From positions 1 to 64,000 of the IMG/VR virus record IMGVR_UViG_3300048919_000048: a stretch of 64,000 nucleotides of DNA; one strand, given 5' to 3'. Under the pieces are notes generated by a model. The model did no database searches. It worked only from the letters and a program-made list of their open reading frames with translations, and had not been told where the DNA came from. Both the position numbers and the translations under genes were made by a program. Position 1 is the first letter of the stretch; every line of letters begins with the position of its first letter. The DNA comes from a virus. Shown here one piece after another: positions 44,970 to 53,512 of this stretch.

Positions 44970-47050
44970 GCCAATTTGGTGAAGGATTGTTTGGTGGTTA
45001 CAAGACGGGGTACACCAACCCGAAGGCGTCTACCACACGTGGTTTTGGAGGCGGAGTGCAGCGAGTTGAAGAGACAGTTGAGGACGTAAAGACGTACCCC
45101 TTCAAGGCGATCCCGGAACGTGGGATTGATGAGAAGACTGCGGAACGCTTCGGTATTCGTACAAAGCTGTCTGCTAAGGACGGCATGACTCCGGAAGCGC
45201 ACTATTTTCCGTACACCCTGGAAGGGAAGATTGTAGGCTTCAAGAAGCGCGATCTGACCGTCCCTAAGCAGCAGAAGGGCCACTTCAGCACGATCGGCTT
45301 CCAGTCTGTAGCCTGTGATCTGTTTGGTCTGGAGGGTGCCAACAAGTCATCCAAGCGTATGATCTTCATCACTGAAGGTGAGTACGATGCGGCGATCCTG
45401 TGGCAAGTTCTCCGTGAGAAGTATAAAGCGAAGGATGGCAACGCACGTAAGCCAAACTTCACGGTGGTGTCCATCTCCAACGGCACCTCTAACGCAGTGC
45501 AGAACCTGTCTCAAAAGAACAACTATAAGTTGTTGAGCAAGTTCGAAGAGATCATTGTGGCATTCGACGCTGACCGTGCGAACGAAGCAGAGAAGGCCAA
45601 GGGTATCATGAAGGGTAAAGACGCTGTGGCAGCGGTGTATTCCGTTATCCCACAGATGAAGGTTGTCGATATCCCGGAAGACATGGACCCGTGCGACATG
45701 TACAACAAGGGCCTCGCTGACCAGCTTTTCTGGGCGGCGATGAAGCCAAAGGAATACGTGCCGGATGGTTTTGCGACTTACTCTCAGTTCCGTGAGAAAG
45801 CGCACGAGATCCCTAAGCTCGGTAAGAAATGGCCTTGGCCTACGATGACCCGCCTGACTCTGGGCCGTCGCCTCGGCGAGGGTATGTTCGTCGGGGCCGG
45901 GGTTAAGATGGGTAAGTCCGAGTGGCTTAACCAGCTTGTTGAGCATATCATCGGGACCGAAGGCCGTAAGGCTGCGGTGTTCAAGTTCGAGGAAGAGAAC
46001 GAGATCACCTGTAAGAAGGTTGCTGGTAAGATGTATCACAAGGACTTTGTGAACGCCGAGAAGGTCCTGATCCCACAGGAAGACGGTACTTTCCGTGACA
46101 TCTGGGGTGAGGAGGTCTTCGAGGGCCAACGTGGTTACTTCAAGCAGGAAGAACTGATTGAAGCCACGGACAAGGTTGGCGATAACATCATCTACTACAA
46201 CAACTATGGTCGTGCAGTTTGGGACGAGGTGAAAGGCGCTATCCGCCATGCGGTTATCGTTGAAGGCTGTGAAGATATCTTCATTGACCCAATCACCCGT
46301 CTGGTGCAGGGTATGTCGGCATCTGAGGCCAACGTGGAACTGGAGCGCTTCTCTGACGAGATCTCCAAGCTTGCGAAGGAACTCGGATTCTGGTACTGTT
46401 GCTTCTGTCACCTGAACAAACCAGAGGCGGGTAAGCCTCACGAGTTTGGTGGTCAGGTCCAGTCGGCACAGTTTGCAGGTTCCCGTGCGATGATGCGTAA
46501 CACCTACTACATGGTGGGTATTGAGCGTAACAAGGACCCAGAGCTTCCAATGAAGCAGAGAAACACGTCGTGGTTTGTGCTTCTGGATGACCGTAAACAC
46601 GGTCGTGCTGGTAAGTTCCCGGTGTTCTATGACATCGACACAGGTGATTATCTGGAGCCGCCAGAAGGCTTCTTGGATAGCCCGTATGAAACTCTTCGTG
46701 AGTGGTATGCTGTGCATCCGGAGCATGACCCTAACAACGAGTCGTATCAGGAGCCTCTCGGAAATGCGGCGCAGCCGTTGTCCGTGGAGAACCAGGATAA
46801 GACCGGGTCTGATCTGACTGAGGATGACATTCCTCCGGCAGATGCAGAGTTCTTGGCGGCTCAGGAAGAGGCCAAGCTGGCAGAAGAGCAACCTCAGGTT
46901 GTTGAGCAGCAAGATCTGAGTCTTGAAGAAGAGGTTACTGATCCGGTTGTGGAGGAGAACGTTGCCCAAGTTCATCACACCTGTAATCCAGAAATCCCTG
47001 AAGTCCCGGACATGCCGGAAGACGACTTCAACGATGAATGTCCGTTCTGA
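44966..47050 (+). CDS. DNA primase-helicase (TOPRIM plus DnaB-like, T7 gp4 type)
   Basis: ITEGEYDA, AFDAD, KMGKS Walker A, IFIDP, HLNK, GSRA; long acidic tail. Confidence 0.93.
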   Translation: MSQFGEGLFGGYKTGYTNPKASTTRGFGGGVQRVEETVEDVKTYPFKAIPERGIDEKTAERFGIRTKLSAKDGMTPEAHYFPYTLEGKIVGFKKRDLTVPKQQKGHFSTIGFQSVACDLFGLEGANKSSKRMIFITEGEYDAAILWQVLREKYKAKDGNARKPNFTVVSISNGTSNAVQNLSQKNNYKLLSKFEEIIVAFDADRANEAEKAKGIMKGKDAVAAVYSVIPQMKVVDIPEDMDPCDMYNKGLADQLFWAAMKPKEYVPDGFATYSQFREKAHEIPKLGKKWPWPTMTRLTLGRRLGEGMFVGAGVKMGKSEWLNQLVEHIIGTEGRKAAVFKFEEENEITCKKVAGKMYHKDFVNAEKVLIPQEDGTFRDIWGEEVFEGQRGYFKQEELIEATDKVGDNIIYYNNYGRAVWDEVKGAIRHAVIVEGCEDIFIDPITRLVQGMSASEANVELERFSDEISKLAKELGFWYCCFCHLNKPEAGKPHEFGGQVQSAQFAGSRAMMRNTYYMVGIERNKDPELPMKQRNTSWFVLLDDRKHGRAGKFPVFYDIDTGDYLEPPEGFLDSPYETLREWYAVHPEHDPNNESYQEPLGNAAQPLSVENQDKTGSDLTEDDIPPADAEFLAAQEEAKLAEEQPQVVEQQDLSLEEEVTDPVVEENVAQVHHTCNPEIPEVPDMPEDDFNDECPF

Positions 47051-47055
47051 TTAAC

Positions 47056-47075
47056 GGGGCTTCGGCCCCATTTTC
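47056..47075 (+). terminator. Rho-independent terminator
   Basis: GGGGC-TTCG-GCCCC-ATTTT. Confidence 0.7.
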
Positions 47076-47080
47076 TTGAG

Positions 47081-47599
47081 GTGAGTATGATTATTGAACG
47101 TAAACGTGGTGGTCAGCGCAACGATTTTGATATGCCTGCGTTAGAGGACCACTCAACCATCGAACTGACCGACATGGTCACGGCGGCATTCCAAAAAGGT
47201 ATGCAGGATGGCCTGAAGGATACAATTGACGTTTCCTATGGCAAGGTGGTGACGGAAGACTCCAAATTCTACCCGATTGACCGAAAAGTGCCGGAGTACC
47301 TGTACCCGGATCTGGCTGAGTTTGTCAGGACCAAGCAGGCATCTACGGACCTGCGTAATTTCATCGCTCAGATCATCTCGGTCCAAGTATCTAACTTTGT
47401 GACGGTTGTTTTACAATCCGGTAAGCGGTCTGTGGAGTTCCACCCTGCGGACACCGTGCAGCATTGTAACACCACGGCGCTTCCAGTGTACGCATTCCTC
47501 GTCCGCCTGGGGAACAGTTTTTATATCCAGACGGAAACTTCTTTCCGGGTATTCGACCCGGAACCAGAGGTTGAAGAGGCTGTGCCCTTCAAAGAATAA
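47081..47599 (+). CDS. hypothetical protein
   Basis: 172 aa ORF between terminators. Confidence 0.75.
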   Translation: MSMIIERKRGGQRNDFDMPALEDHSTIELTDMVTAAFQKGMQDGLKDTIDVSYGKVVTEDSKFYPIDRKVPEYLYPDLAEFVRTKQASTDLRNFIAQIISVQVSNFVTVVLQSGKRSVEFHPADTVQHCNTTALPVYAFLVRLGNSFYIQTETSFRVFDPEPEVEEAVPFKE

Positions 47600-47600
47600 T

Positions 47601-47627
47601 AAAAGGTCCCTTCGGGGACCTTTTTTC
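47601..47627 (+). terminator. Rho-independent terminator
   Basis: AAAAGGTCCC-TTCG-GGGACCTTTTTT. Confidence 0.8.
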
Positions 47628-47686
47628 GTTTGACGTGCAAGGAAAACTTGTGTAGACTCGAATTAATAGTTAATAGAGGGGGTATT

Positions 47687-47983
47687 ATGGTAAAGTTAAT
47701 GGTTCCTGTAGTTCGTGATATTATTTCAGAAAGAACTGGCATTCCAAGTGCCGTCGGCACATCAGTTGAGGTGGTTAAAAAGATCCCCAAATATTCCCGG
47801 ATCTTGGTGTCTGTGCCGGGCATAGGCAAGCCACGTAAATTCCCGGTGCGTGAAGACCTGTATCTGGTTAATGCACCGAAGACCCGTTGGATGAACGGAC
47901 CTGTGCAATGTGAAGAGGCTATGGTCATGTTCGAAGGCTATGTCGGTAACGATATGTATTCTGCGGAGGAACTCGGCTTATGA
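47687..47983 (+). CDS. hypothetical protein
   Basis: promoter TTGACG-N17-TAGACT at 47630; GAGG RBS. Confidence 0.7.
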   Translation: MVKLMVPVVRDIISERTGIPSAVGTSVEVVKKIPKYSRILVSVPGIGKPRKFPVREDLYLVNAPKTRWMNGPVQCEEAMVMFEGYVGNDMYSAEELGL

Positions 47984-48116
47984 TCACTCTATTTATGACG
48001 TTGATGGCTCACTGTTTTGGTCGCCGTCCCGTGGAAGACTACATGTGGGTAATTGCCTTCATGATCGGTGCCATGGAAATTATGTTCGGCACGATATTGC
48101 TGGCGGAGTTGATCAA

Positions 48117-48299
48117 ATGAGCATCATGGTAGAGGGCCGGGAGTGGAAGGAATACTCCATCGAGTGGTATGATGTGGAGGGCAGAAAGTTTTCCTTCAAC
48201 ATCCCGGCTATCAGTAAGGAACACGCCTCCTACATTCTGGAGGAAATCAAAAATACCGCCCGGTTGGGCGATGAGGTTGTGGGGAAATATCGTGCTTGA
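48117..48299 (+). CDS. hypothetical protein
   Basis: GGAG RBS, ATG 48117. Confidence 0.6.
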   Translation: MSIMVEGREWKEYSIEWYDVEGRKFSFNIPAISKEHASYILEEIKNTARLGDEVVGKYRA

Positions 48300-48501
48300 C
48301 AAGGATCTCGAAACCCATTACAGTGTGAAGTGTCGAATGTCCCTTGGGGATTCCTATCACGTCTGCGGCTATGCCCGGGACGAAGAGAATCTCAAGGAAC
48401 TCATGGAACACCTGAAAAAGACCTGGCGGTACGTTGAGTACACTGCGTACAAAGCCAAGGCTTATGTTGAACCACCATCGAAAAGGAAGGTTAAGAAATG
48501 A
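48292..48501 (+). CDS. hypothetical protein
   Basis: GTG 48292; packed. Confidence 0.55.
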   Translation: MLDKDLETHYSVKCRMSLGDSYHVCGYARDEENLKELMEHLKKTWRYVEYTAYKAKAYVEPPSKRKVKK

Positions 48502-48692
48502 AAATGTTACTCTGCCAGCGTGTAAGAAAAGGCTTCGAAGACGTATTCACTGCCGGGAAGAAGTATAAGATCGTAGCCACGGCACCTAACGGGAAGGCGT
48601 GGAATGTGGAGCGCTTCCCGGGGGATGTCACCTTTGTCGGGGCCGCTGGGTCCATCTTTGGGGACTTTATTGAGGTCGAGGCTGATGAGTGA
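48498..48692 (+). CDS. hypothetical protein (C..FTAGKKY family)
   Basis: ATGA overlap. Confidence 0.65.
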   Translation: MKMLLCQRVRKGFEDVFTAGKKYKIVATAPNGKAWNVERFPGDVTFVGAAGSIFGDFIEVEADE

Positions 48693-48957
48693 TCTGGACC
48701 GCAGGGACCCCTGCAATCTGCACGAAGGTACGCTGTTCTCCGGTGGGTACGCTTTGGTGTACGGCGGGCCAAAAGAATTCCACGGGAAGATGGTCTTCCT
48801 GAGCCAAGCTGATGAGCACGGTTGGTGGGAGTCTTTTGACCGCAAAGGGGATATGTTGATCCTCAACACTGACTGGCTGATGCCAGTTTCGGAACCAAAT
48901 TGGGATAACAAAACCGATTTGGACACTTTCCTTTATGAAGCGAGGTACGGGTCATGA
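48685..48957 (+). CDS. hypothetical protein
   Basis: ATG 48685. Confidence 0.65.
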   Translation: MSDLDRRDPCNLHEGTLFSGGYALVYGGPKEFHGKMVFLSQADEHGWWESFDRKGDMLILNTDWLMPVSEPNWDNKTDLDTFLYEARYGS

Positions 48958-49295
48958 TTGAACGCATCGCAGATTTGGTGGAGGGCAGTATGGACCGGTG
49001 GATATCAGTCCTGTCACCATTCACATCACCAACCCTGCTCTTTTTCCTTTGGTTTGCTGCGTCATCTGTGGCGCTGTTCCTTATCCTTCGCCATCAGTAC
49101 AAGGTTTACCGTATTGTGTGGATATCTGAGGGGCTTGAGGCAATTATCGCAGGTATTTGCGGAGGGCTGGCGGTGTTGGCAATTTATTCTGTGCCTGTGA
49201 TTTTGTTTGGGATGTTGCTTTTACTGGTTGTATACGGCATCCTGATGGTCTTCCAGTTCTTGGCTGTAGCTTCAGTGGAGGGATTTAAACGATGA
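48954..49295 (+). CDS. membrane protein
   Basis: three hydrophobic segments. Confidence 0.65.
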   Translation: MIERIADLVEGSMDRWISVLSPFTSPTLLFFLWFAASSVALFLILRHQYKVYRIVWISEGLEAIIAGICGGLAVLAIYSVPVILFGMLLLLVVYGILMVFQFLAVASVEGFKR

Positions 49296-49474
49296 TGGGT
49301 GGCACAGTACGTGTGGTGAGCACAACTCGCCGGGTCCCGGCTCTGACTGTCAACGGGCGCTATCAGGTGTTTATTCGCCAAGGCAAGGAGTTCATCCTTG
49401 ACTGGTACGGCGGTTATGTCCCGGTGAAAGAGGCCAAAGAGGCGGGGATCGTCTTGGAGCGTATCCATGGCTAA
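49292..49474 (+). CDS. hypothetical protein
   Basis: GGAGG RBS. Confidence 0.6.
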   Translation: MMGGTVRVVSTTRRVPALTVNGRYQVFIRQGKEFILDWYGGYVPVKEAKEAGIVLERIHG

Positions 49475-49700
49475 GAAGATGACCCTGAAAGCCTGCCCGT
49501 TCTGCGCTTGTAAGGCGTACTGGACGAAGGGTGACAGGAATACGAAGATGAACGATCGTGTTCAGTGCCTTGAATGCTTTGCCGAGATAGAGGGTGATTA
49601 CACCACCATGTCTGCGCTTGAAGCTTGGAACACCCGGTGCTCAAGCTACGCGATTTCCCAAAACGATCGCCTGGTCAATATCGAAGGAGAAAATTTATGA
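49467..49700 (+). CDS. Lar-family (restriction alleviation) zinc-finger protein
   Basis: LKACPFC...VQCLEC...ALEAWNTR. Confidence 0.8.
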   Translation: MAKKMTLKACPFCACKAYWTKGDRNTKMNDRVQCLECFAEIEGDYTTMSALEAWNTRCSSYAISQNDRLVNIEGENL

Positions 49701-49972
49701 AATATTGGGTACGTTTAGACAAAGAGCGGATCATGAAAGATTATGATGAGGAAAGCCTGCTGGAAGGTTCAGGTACTGACTCTATCTACCTAATCCGTCA
49801 ACTCCGCCTGCTGATCCTTCATGGGGAGGGAATGTTCGCTGTTGACGAAGAAAGTCTTCTTATGGCCCAAAGCTCGGTCTACCTGAAAGAAGATGTTGAT
49901 GGCGGGATGTACAGCGGCGTGTACGTACCGTGCTTCATCGTAGCCCCTGTGGATGAGGTGGTTAATGGATAA
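49697..49972 (+). CDS. hypothetical protein
   Basis: AGGAG RBS, ATG 49697. Confidence 0.65.
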   Translation: MKYWVRLDKERIMKDYDEESLLEGSGTDSIYLIRQLRLLILHGEGMFAVDEESLLMAQSSVYLKEDVDGGMYSGVYVPCFIVAPVDEVVNG

Positions 49973-50636
49973 AGTGGTCTGGAGCCTCTTTGATGGCTCC
50001 GGCTTCATGGGGTATGAGTACGCCAAGAACGGTTGGAAGGTGTTCTGTTTCAACGCAGACACCGCCGACCATGGGCAGTACGAACTGCGCCGGGAGCATC
50101 CTAATATTCAGTACGTTAACTGCTGGATCGATGACAAGTTTGAGGCTTTCATTGCCAAATCAGGCATCCCTAAGCCCGACATCATTTTTGCATTCCCAAG
50201 CTGTACCAATCTATCCGGGGCCGGGGCGAAGCACTCCCGAACGAAGATTGAGTTGATGGAGTCGATCGACAATGCCGTGATGGTGGAGCGTATCGCTAAC
50301 ACCTTCAACTGCCCTTGGATGGTTGAGAACCCGGTTGGGAAGATGAGTACAATCTGGCGTAAGCCGGATCATTACTTCGACCCCTACGAGTATGGTGGTT
50401 ATCTGTCCCCGATTGAGGGAAGTTACCACCCGAAAATGCCGTACCGGAATGCATACACCAAAAAGACTTGCCTTTGGACCGGGAATGGGTTTATCATGCC
50501 GGATAAGAAGCCAGTTCCACACATTGGTTGTTTCTGGGGCTGGAAATACCTCGGCGGTAAGTCAGAGAGGACCAAGCAGTTACGGTCCTTGACTCCTGAG
50601 GGTTTCGCAAGGGCAGTCTATCAATTTAACAGGTGA
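49965..50636 (+). CDS. DNA cytosine-C5 methyltransferase (short phage type)
   Basis: motif I SLFDGSG, motif IV FPSCT, motif VI VENP, RSLTP. Confidence 0.85.
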   Translation: MDKVVWSLFDGSGFMGYEYAKNGWKVFCFNADTADHGQYELRREHPNIQYVNCWIDDKFEAFIAKSGIPKPDIIFAFPSCTNLSGAGAKHSRTKIELMESIDNAVMVERIANTFNCPWMVENPVGKMSTIWRKPDHYFDPYEYGGYLSPIEGSYHPKMPYRNAYTKKTCLWTGNGFIMPDKKPVPHIGCFWGWKYLGGKSERTKQLRSLTPEGFARAVYQFNR

Positions 50637-50640
50637 GAAT

Positions 50641-50913
50641 ATGGGCAAGAAAAAACGTATCATGAGTCCGGGACTTAGGAAACAACTCGACGGGTCTGTT
50701 CGCAAGGGTCGCCGTGAGACTCTCTGGAGAATGGCTATGAAGCACAATGGTGTGGTAAACTGCTACGTCTGTGGGAAGCCGATCACCAAGGAGAGTTACG
50801 CCACTCTCGAACACATCCTTCCGGTGTCCAAGGGTGGGACTGATGATATGAGCAATCTTGCCCTTTCTCATGAAAAATGCAACCAAGCACGAGGTAACAA
50901 TGAAACAAATTAA
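50641..50913 (+). CDS. HNH endonuclease
   Basis: CYVCG, TLEHILPVSKGG, NL, CNQARG. Confidence 0.9.
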   Translation: MGKKKRIMSPGLRKQLDGSVRKGRRETLWRMAMKHNGVVNCYVCGKPITKESYATLEHILPVSKGGTDDMSNLALSHEKCNQARGNNETN

Positions 50914-52108
50914 ACTCAGCTTCACAGAAGACTACGTGGGCCACTGGTCCTGGTGGCAGGGTGCCCGTGAACTGATGCAAAACGCCATCGACACGAAGGA
51001 CTATGACATCCAGTTCGACTATGATGCCGGGACGATGAAAATCGTCTCCCGTGGCGGCGCTATCGCAACTAAGGCTCTGCTTTTGGGTGCCACTACCAAA
51101 CGTAACGACTCCAGCACCATCGGTAAGTTTGGTGAGGGTATGAAGCTGGGCTTTCTGGTTCTTCTTCGTGAAGGTGCCAAAGTTGCAATGGAGAATGGCA
51201 AGGACCTGTGGGTCCCTGAGATAGTCCATGATGAGGCTATGGATGCCAACGTCTTGGCTGTCAATATCTGCGAGGGAAATCTCTCCGATCGAGATCCAAA
51301 CACCGTGACGATCAAGATCCAAGGTATCCCTCGTGATGCTATGGACGAGATTATGGACAACTACGCCCCGACAACCGAGCGAGAGATCGTGATCGAGAAC
51401 TCCCGTGGCAAGGCGTACAAAAAGATTTGGCAGGAAGGTGCCAATCAGGAAGAGGATGAAGATGGCAACGCCATCGGCGGCGACTGCAACCTCTTCGTCA
51501 ACGGCCTGTTCGTCACCCGGGTCCGTGGCAATTTCAAGTTCGACTATGACTTTAAGCCGGAGGCTTTTGTCCTTGATCGTGACCGTGATTCTGCCAACCT
51601 GTACGAAGTGAAGTACGAGGCAAACCGCCTGCTGTCAGAAAGCGACGATATCGACCTTCTGGCGCGTTTAGCGCTTGAGGAGTACGATGACCTTGCCTTG
51701 TTCTCAGAACGCCGGGAAAAGGCCACTGGTGGCGTCTGGTGGGGTGGTTCTTCCCGTGGTCAGTCAGAGCAGGAAGTTTTGGCAGCAACGGCTGTCTCTA
51801 TGTTCACCAACAAGTATGGGTCGGATGCCTTCCCAATCGACGATACCTGGACGGATGGCAAGAAGCGTGTTGTCACTCAGATGGCGATCGGCAAGGGGTA
51901 TGTCCCGGTGACCGTCAAGCCTGCGGTTTACAAGATGGTCCAGAAGAAGTTTGAGGTTGACAAGGCTGTTGAGAACGTGTTGACGTTCAAACCTCTGGAG
52001 TTCCTTGAGGGCTTCTTAGAACGCCATAATCGCCGACTCGTAGCGAAACCACGCCGTGAGTTGGAGAAAACTATTCAAATGCTGCGTATTGCGGCAGGTA
52101 AGGAGTAG
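50900..52108 (+). CDS. GHKL-family (HATPase_c) ATPase
   Basis: RELMQNAID N-box, IGKFGEGMK G-box; GAGG RBS at ATG 50900. Confidence 0.8.
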   Translation: MKQIKLSFTEDYVGHWSWWQGARELMQNAIDTKDYDIQFDYDAGTMKIVSRGGAIATKALLLGATTKRNDSSTIGKFGEGMKLGFLVLLREGAKVAMENGKDLWVPEIVHDEAMDANVLAVNICEGNLSDRDPNTVTIKIQGIPRDAMDEIMDNYAPTTEREIVIENSRGKAYKKIWQEGANQEEDEDGNAIGGDCNLFVNGLFVTRVRGNFKFDYDFKPEAFVLDRDRDSANLYEVKYEANRLLSESDDIDLLARLALEEYDDLALFSERREKATGGVWWGGSSRGQSEQEVLAATAVSMFTNKYGSDAFPIDDTWTDGKKRVVTQMAIGKGYVPVTVKPAVYKMVQKKFEVDKAVENVLTFKPLEFLEGFLERHNRRLVAKPRRELEKTIQMLRIAAGKE

Positions 52109-52110
52109 AA

Positions 52111-52389
52111 ATGATCGGTTATCGTATCAGCATAGGGCCTTGCGGCCCTTATGAGCATACCTTCAAGCCGAGTCACCCGCTGTTTGATCTCACTGACGAA
52201 TGGGATCTCGAAATTGCTGCGGAAGAAGCCTGTGCCGATTTCCGTGATAATCACGACGGCTGGGAGACTTGGAACCGGGGAGATGCTTCTCTTGAACTGT
52301 TCAACCCGGAGAACGGCGAGACGGTTTTAAAATGTAAAGTAGCCTTGTGCTTCGAGCCAAGCTACGAGGTATGGGGAGTCGAGAAATGA
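52111..52389 (+). CDS. hypothetical protein
   Basis: AGGAG RBS; HDGWE motif. Confidence 0.7.
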   Translation: MIGYRISIGPCGPYEHTFKPSHPLFDLTDEWDLEIAAEEACADFRDNHDGWETWNRGDASLELFNPENGETVLKCKVALCFEPSYEVWGVEK

Positions 52390-52760
52390 GCGGTATGCGT
52401 TTAACCGTTGGCATTATTGCCAAGCTGGAGAAGTCTTTTGGTGACTACAACCAGTCTGAGCACATCGATCTGAACGAGCACTTGGAGAACATCGGGTCCA
52501 AACTGCGTCTGACTTATGGCGGGGACATGATCGTCTTCATCGAGAAGGATAAGCGGACTGATTACGAAGGCTGCGGCTTGATGCTCCTCGATAATGACCT
52601 GATGGCAGACTTCTGGCAAGAACTGGCAACTGCCAATCTGTTTGTGGTAGAGGGTACGCCAAAGGTGTTCGTTGATTACTGGTATGACGGGGCCGACCCG
52701 GGCCATATCGACATCACCCTGGCGGAAGCAGGTTACGAAGAGGAGTGGAAGGATGAATGA
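52386..52760 (+). CDS. hypothetical protein
   Basis: ATG 52386; WYDGAD motif. Confidence 0.7.
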   Translation: MSGMRLTVGIIAKLEKSFGDYNQSEHIDLNEHLENIGSKLRLTYGGDMIVFIEKDKRTDYEGCGLMLLDNDLMADFWQELATANLFVVEGTPKVFVDYWYDGADPGHIDITLAEAGYEEEWKDE

Positions 52761-52965
52761 GTTTGTTGGACGTAAAGTTCGTGTCATTAAAGACACCAGT
52801 GAAGACTCACCTTTGGCTGACAACGGGTGGAAGATCGGTGATGTGGGCATCATCCAGATGGTCCTGACCGATCACCCTGAGTACAACATCATCGTACAGC
52901 GTGGTGAAGACTCTCACGACACCTTGGGCTTCTCTATTGAAGAACTGGAGTTGCTCGATGCCTGA
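52753..52965 (+). CDS. small SH3-like hypothetical protein
   Basis: VGRKVRV...GDVGII. Confidence 0.65.
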   Translation: MNEFVGRKVRVIKDTSEDSPLADNGWKIGDVGIIQMVLTDHPEYNIIVQRGEDSHDTLGFSIEELELLDA

Positions 52966-53042
52966 TTGGTTTGGATTGGCATTCTTGGGGGCCGTCGGCC
53001 TCCTGTGCCTTGTCTTGTACGTCTTAGGGGTGAGGAAGCAAG

Positions 53043-53261
53043 ATGAATGATTATCGCGGAACGCCCTTGAAAGAGGGTGACAAGGTGGCTATCTATTGGG
53101 GATATAATTCTCTGGAGACTGCGATTATCCACAATATCCAAGGCAATGCAGCGAAGGTAAGGGTTCAAATCAAACACTGTCCTCGTGGGGCCGAACCTTA
53201 TATCGAGGAGGTCCTCAGCAAATGGAAGAGTGGTGACTGCATGGTCAAGCTGGAGTCGTGA
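53043..53261 (+). CDS. small SH3-like hypothetical protein
   Basis: DYRGTPLKEGDKVAI. Confidence 0.65.
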   Translation: MNDYRGTPLKEGDKVAIYWGYNSLETAIIHNIQGNAAKVRVQIKHCPRGAEPYIEEVLSKWKSGDCMVKLES

Positions 53262-53458
53262 TGGGGAAATACGTCAAGGTGCTTTGCCTGCGGTCATCCC
53301 CCGGCTACCAAGAGGGTTCAACCTATGAAGCAGAACCCCATGATCCACCTGCGGGGGTAGGGTATTACGGAGTTATAAGCCATGATCGTAGCAGGTGTTC
53401 TTTTTACCTGCTTGGGAAAGACCCTGATTTTGTGATCGACCCAGAGCAAGATGGTTGA
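53258..53458 (+). CDS. hypothetical protein
   Basis: GTGA overlap, GGAG RBS. Confidence 0.6.
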   Translation: MMGKYVKVLCLRSSPGYQEGSTYEAEPHDPPAGVGYYGVISHDRSRCSFYLLGKDPDFVIDPEQDG

Positions 53459-53512
53459 TCTTTACGAGGCATTGGGATATCCTGAGTGGAGGTATGCCAA
53501 AAAGGAGAGAGT

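Noticed and set aside
45347-46978. 543-aa minus-strand ORF (also 41236-42297, 29157-29969, 57881-58594)
   Set aside because: Antisense shadows of well-supported genes, with no motifs; explained by codon bias.
11568-53133. Four perfect DnaA boxes TTATCCACA (11568, 20686, 24012, 53125)
   Set aside because: All are isolated, inside CDSs on the sense strand, and explained by Ile-His or Tyr-Pro-Gln codons; they do not cluster as an origin would.
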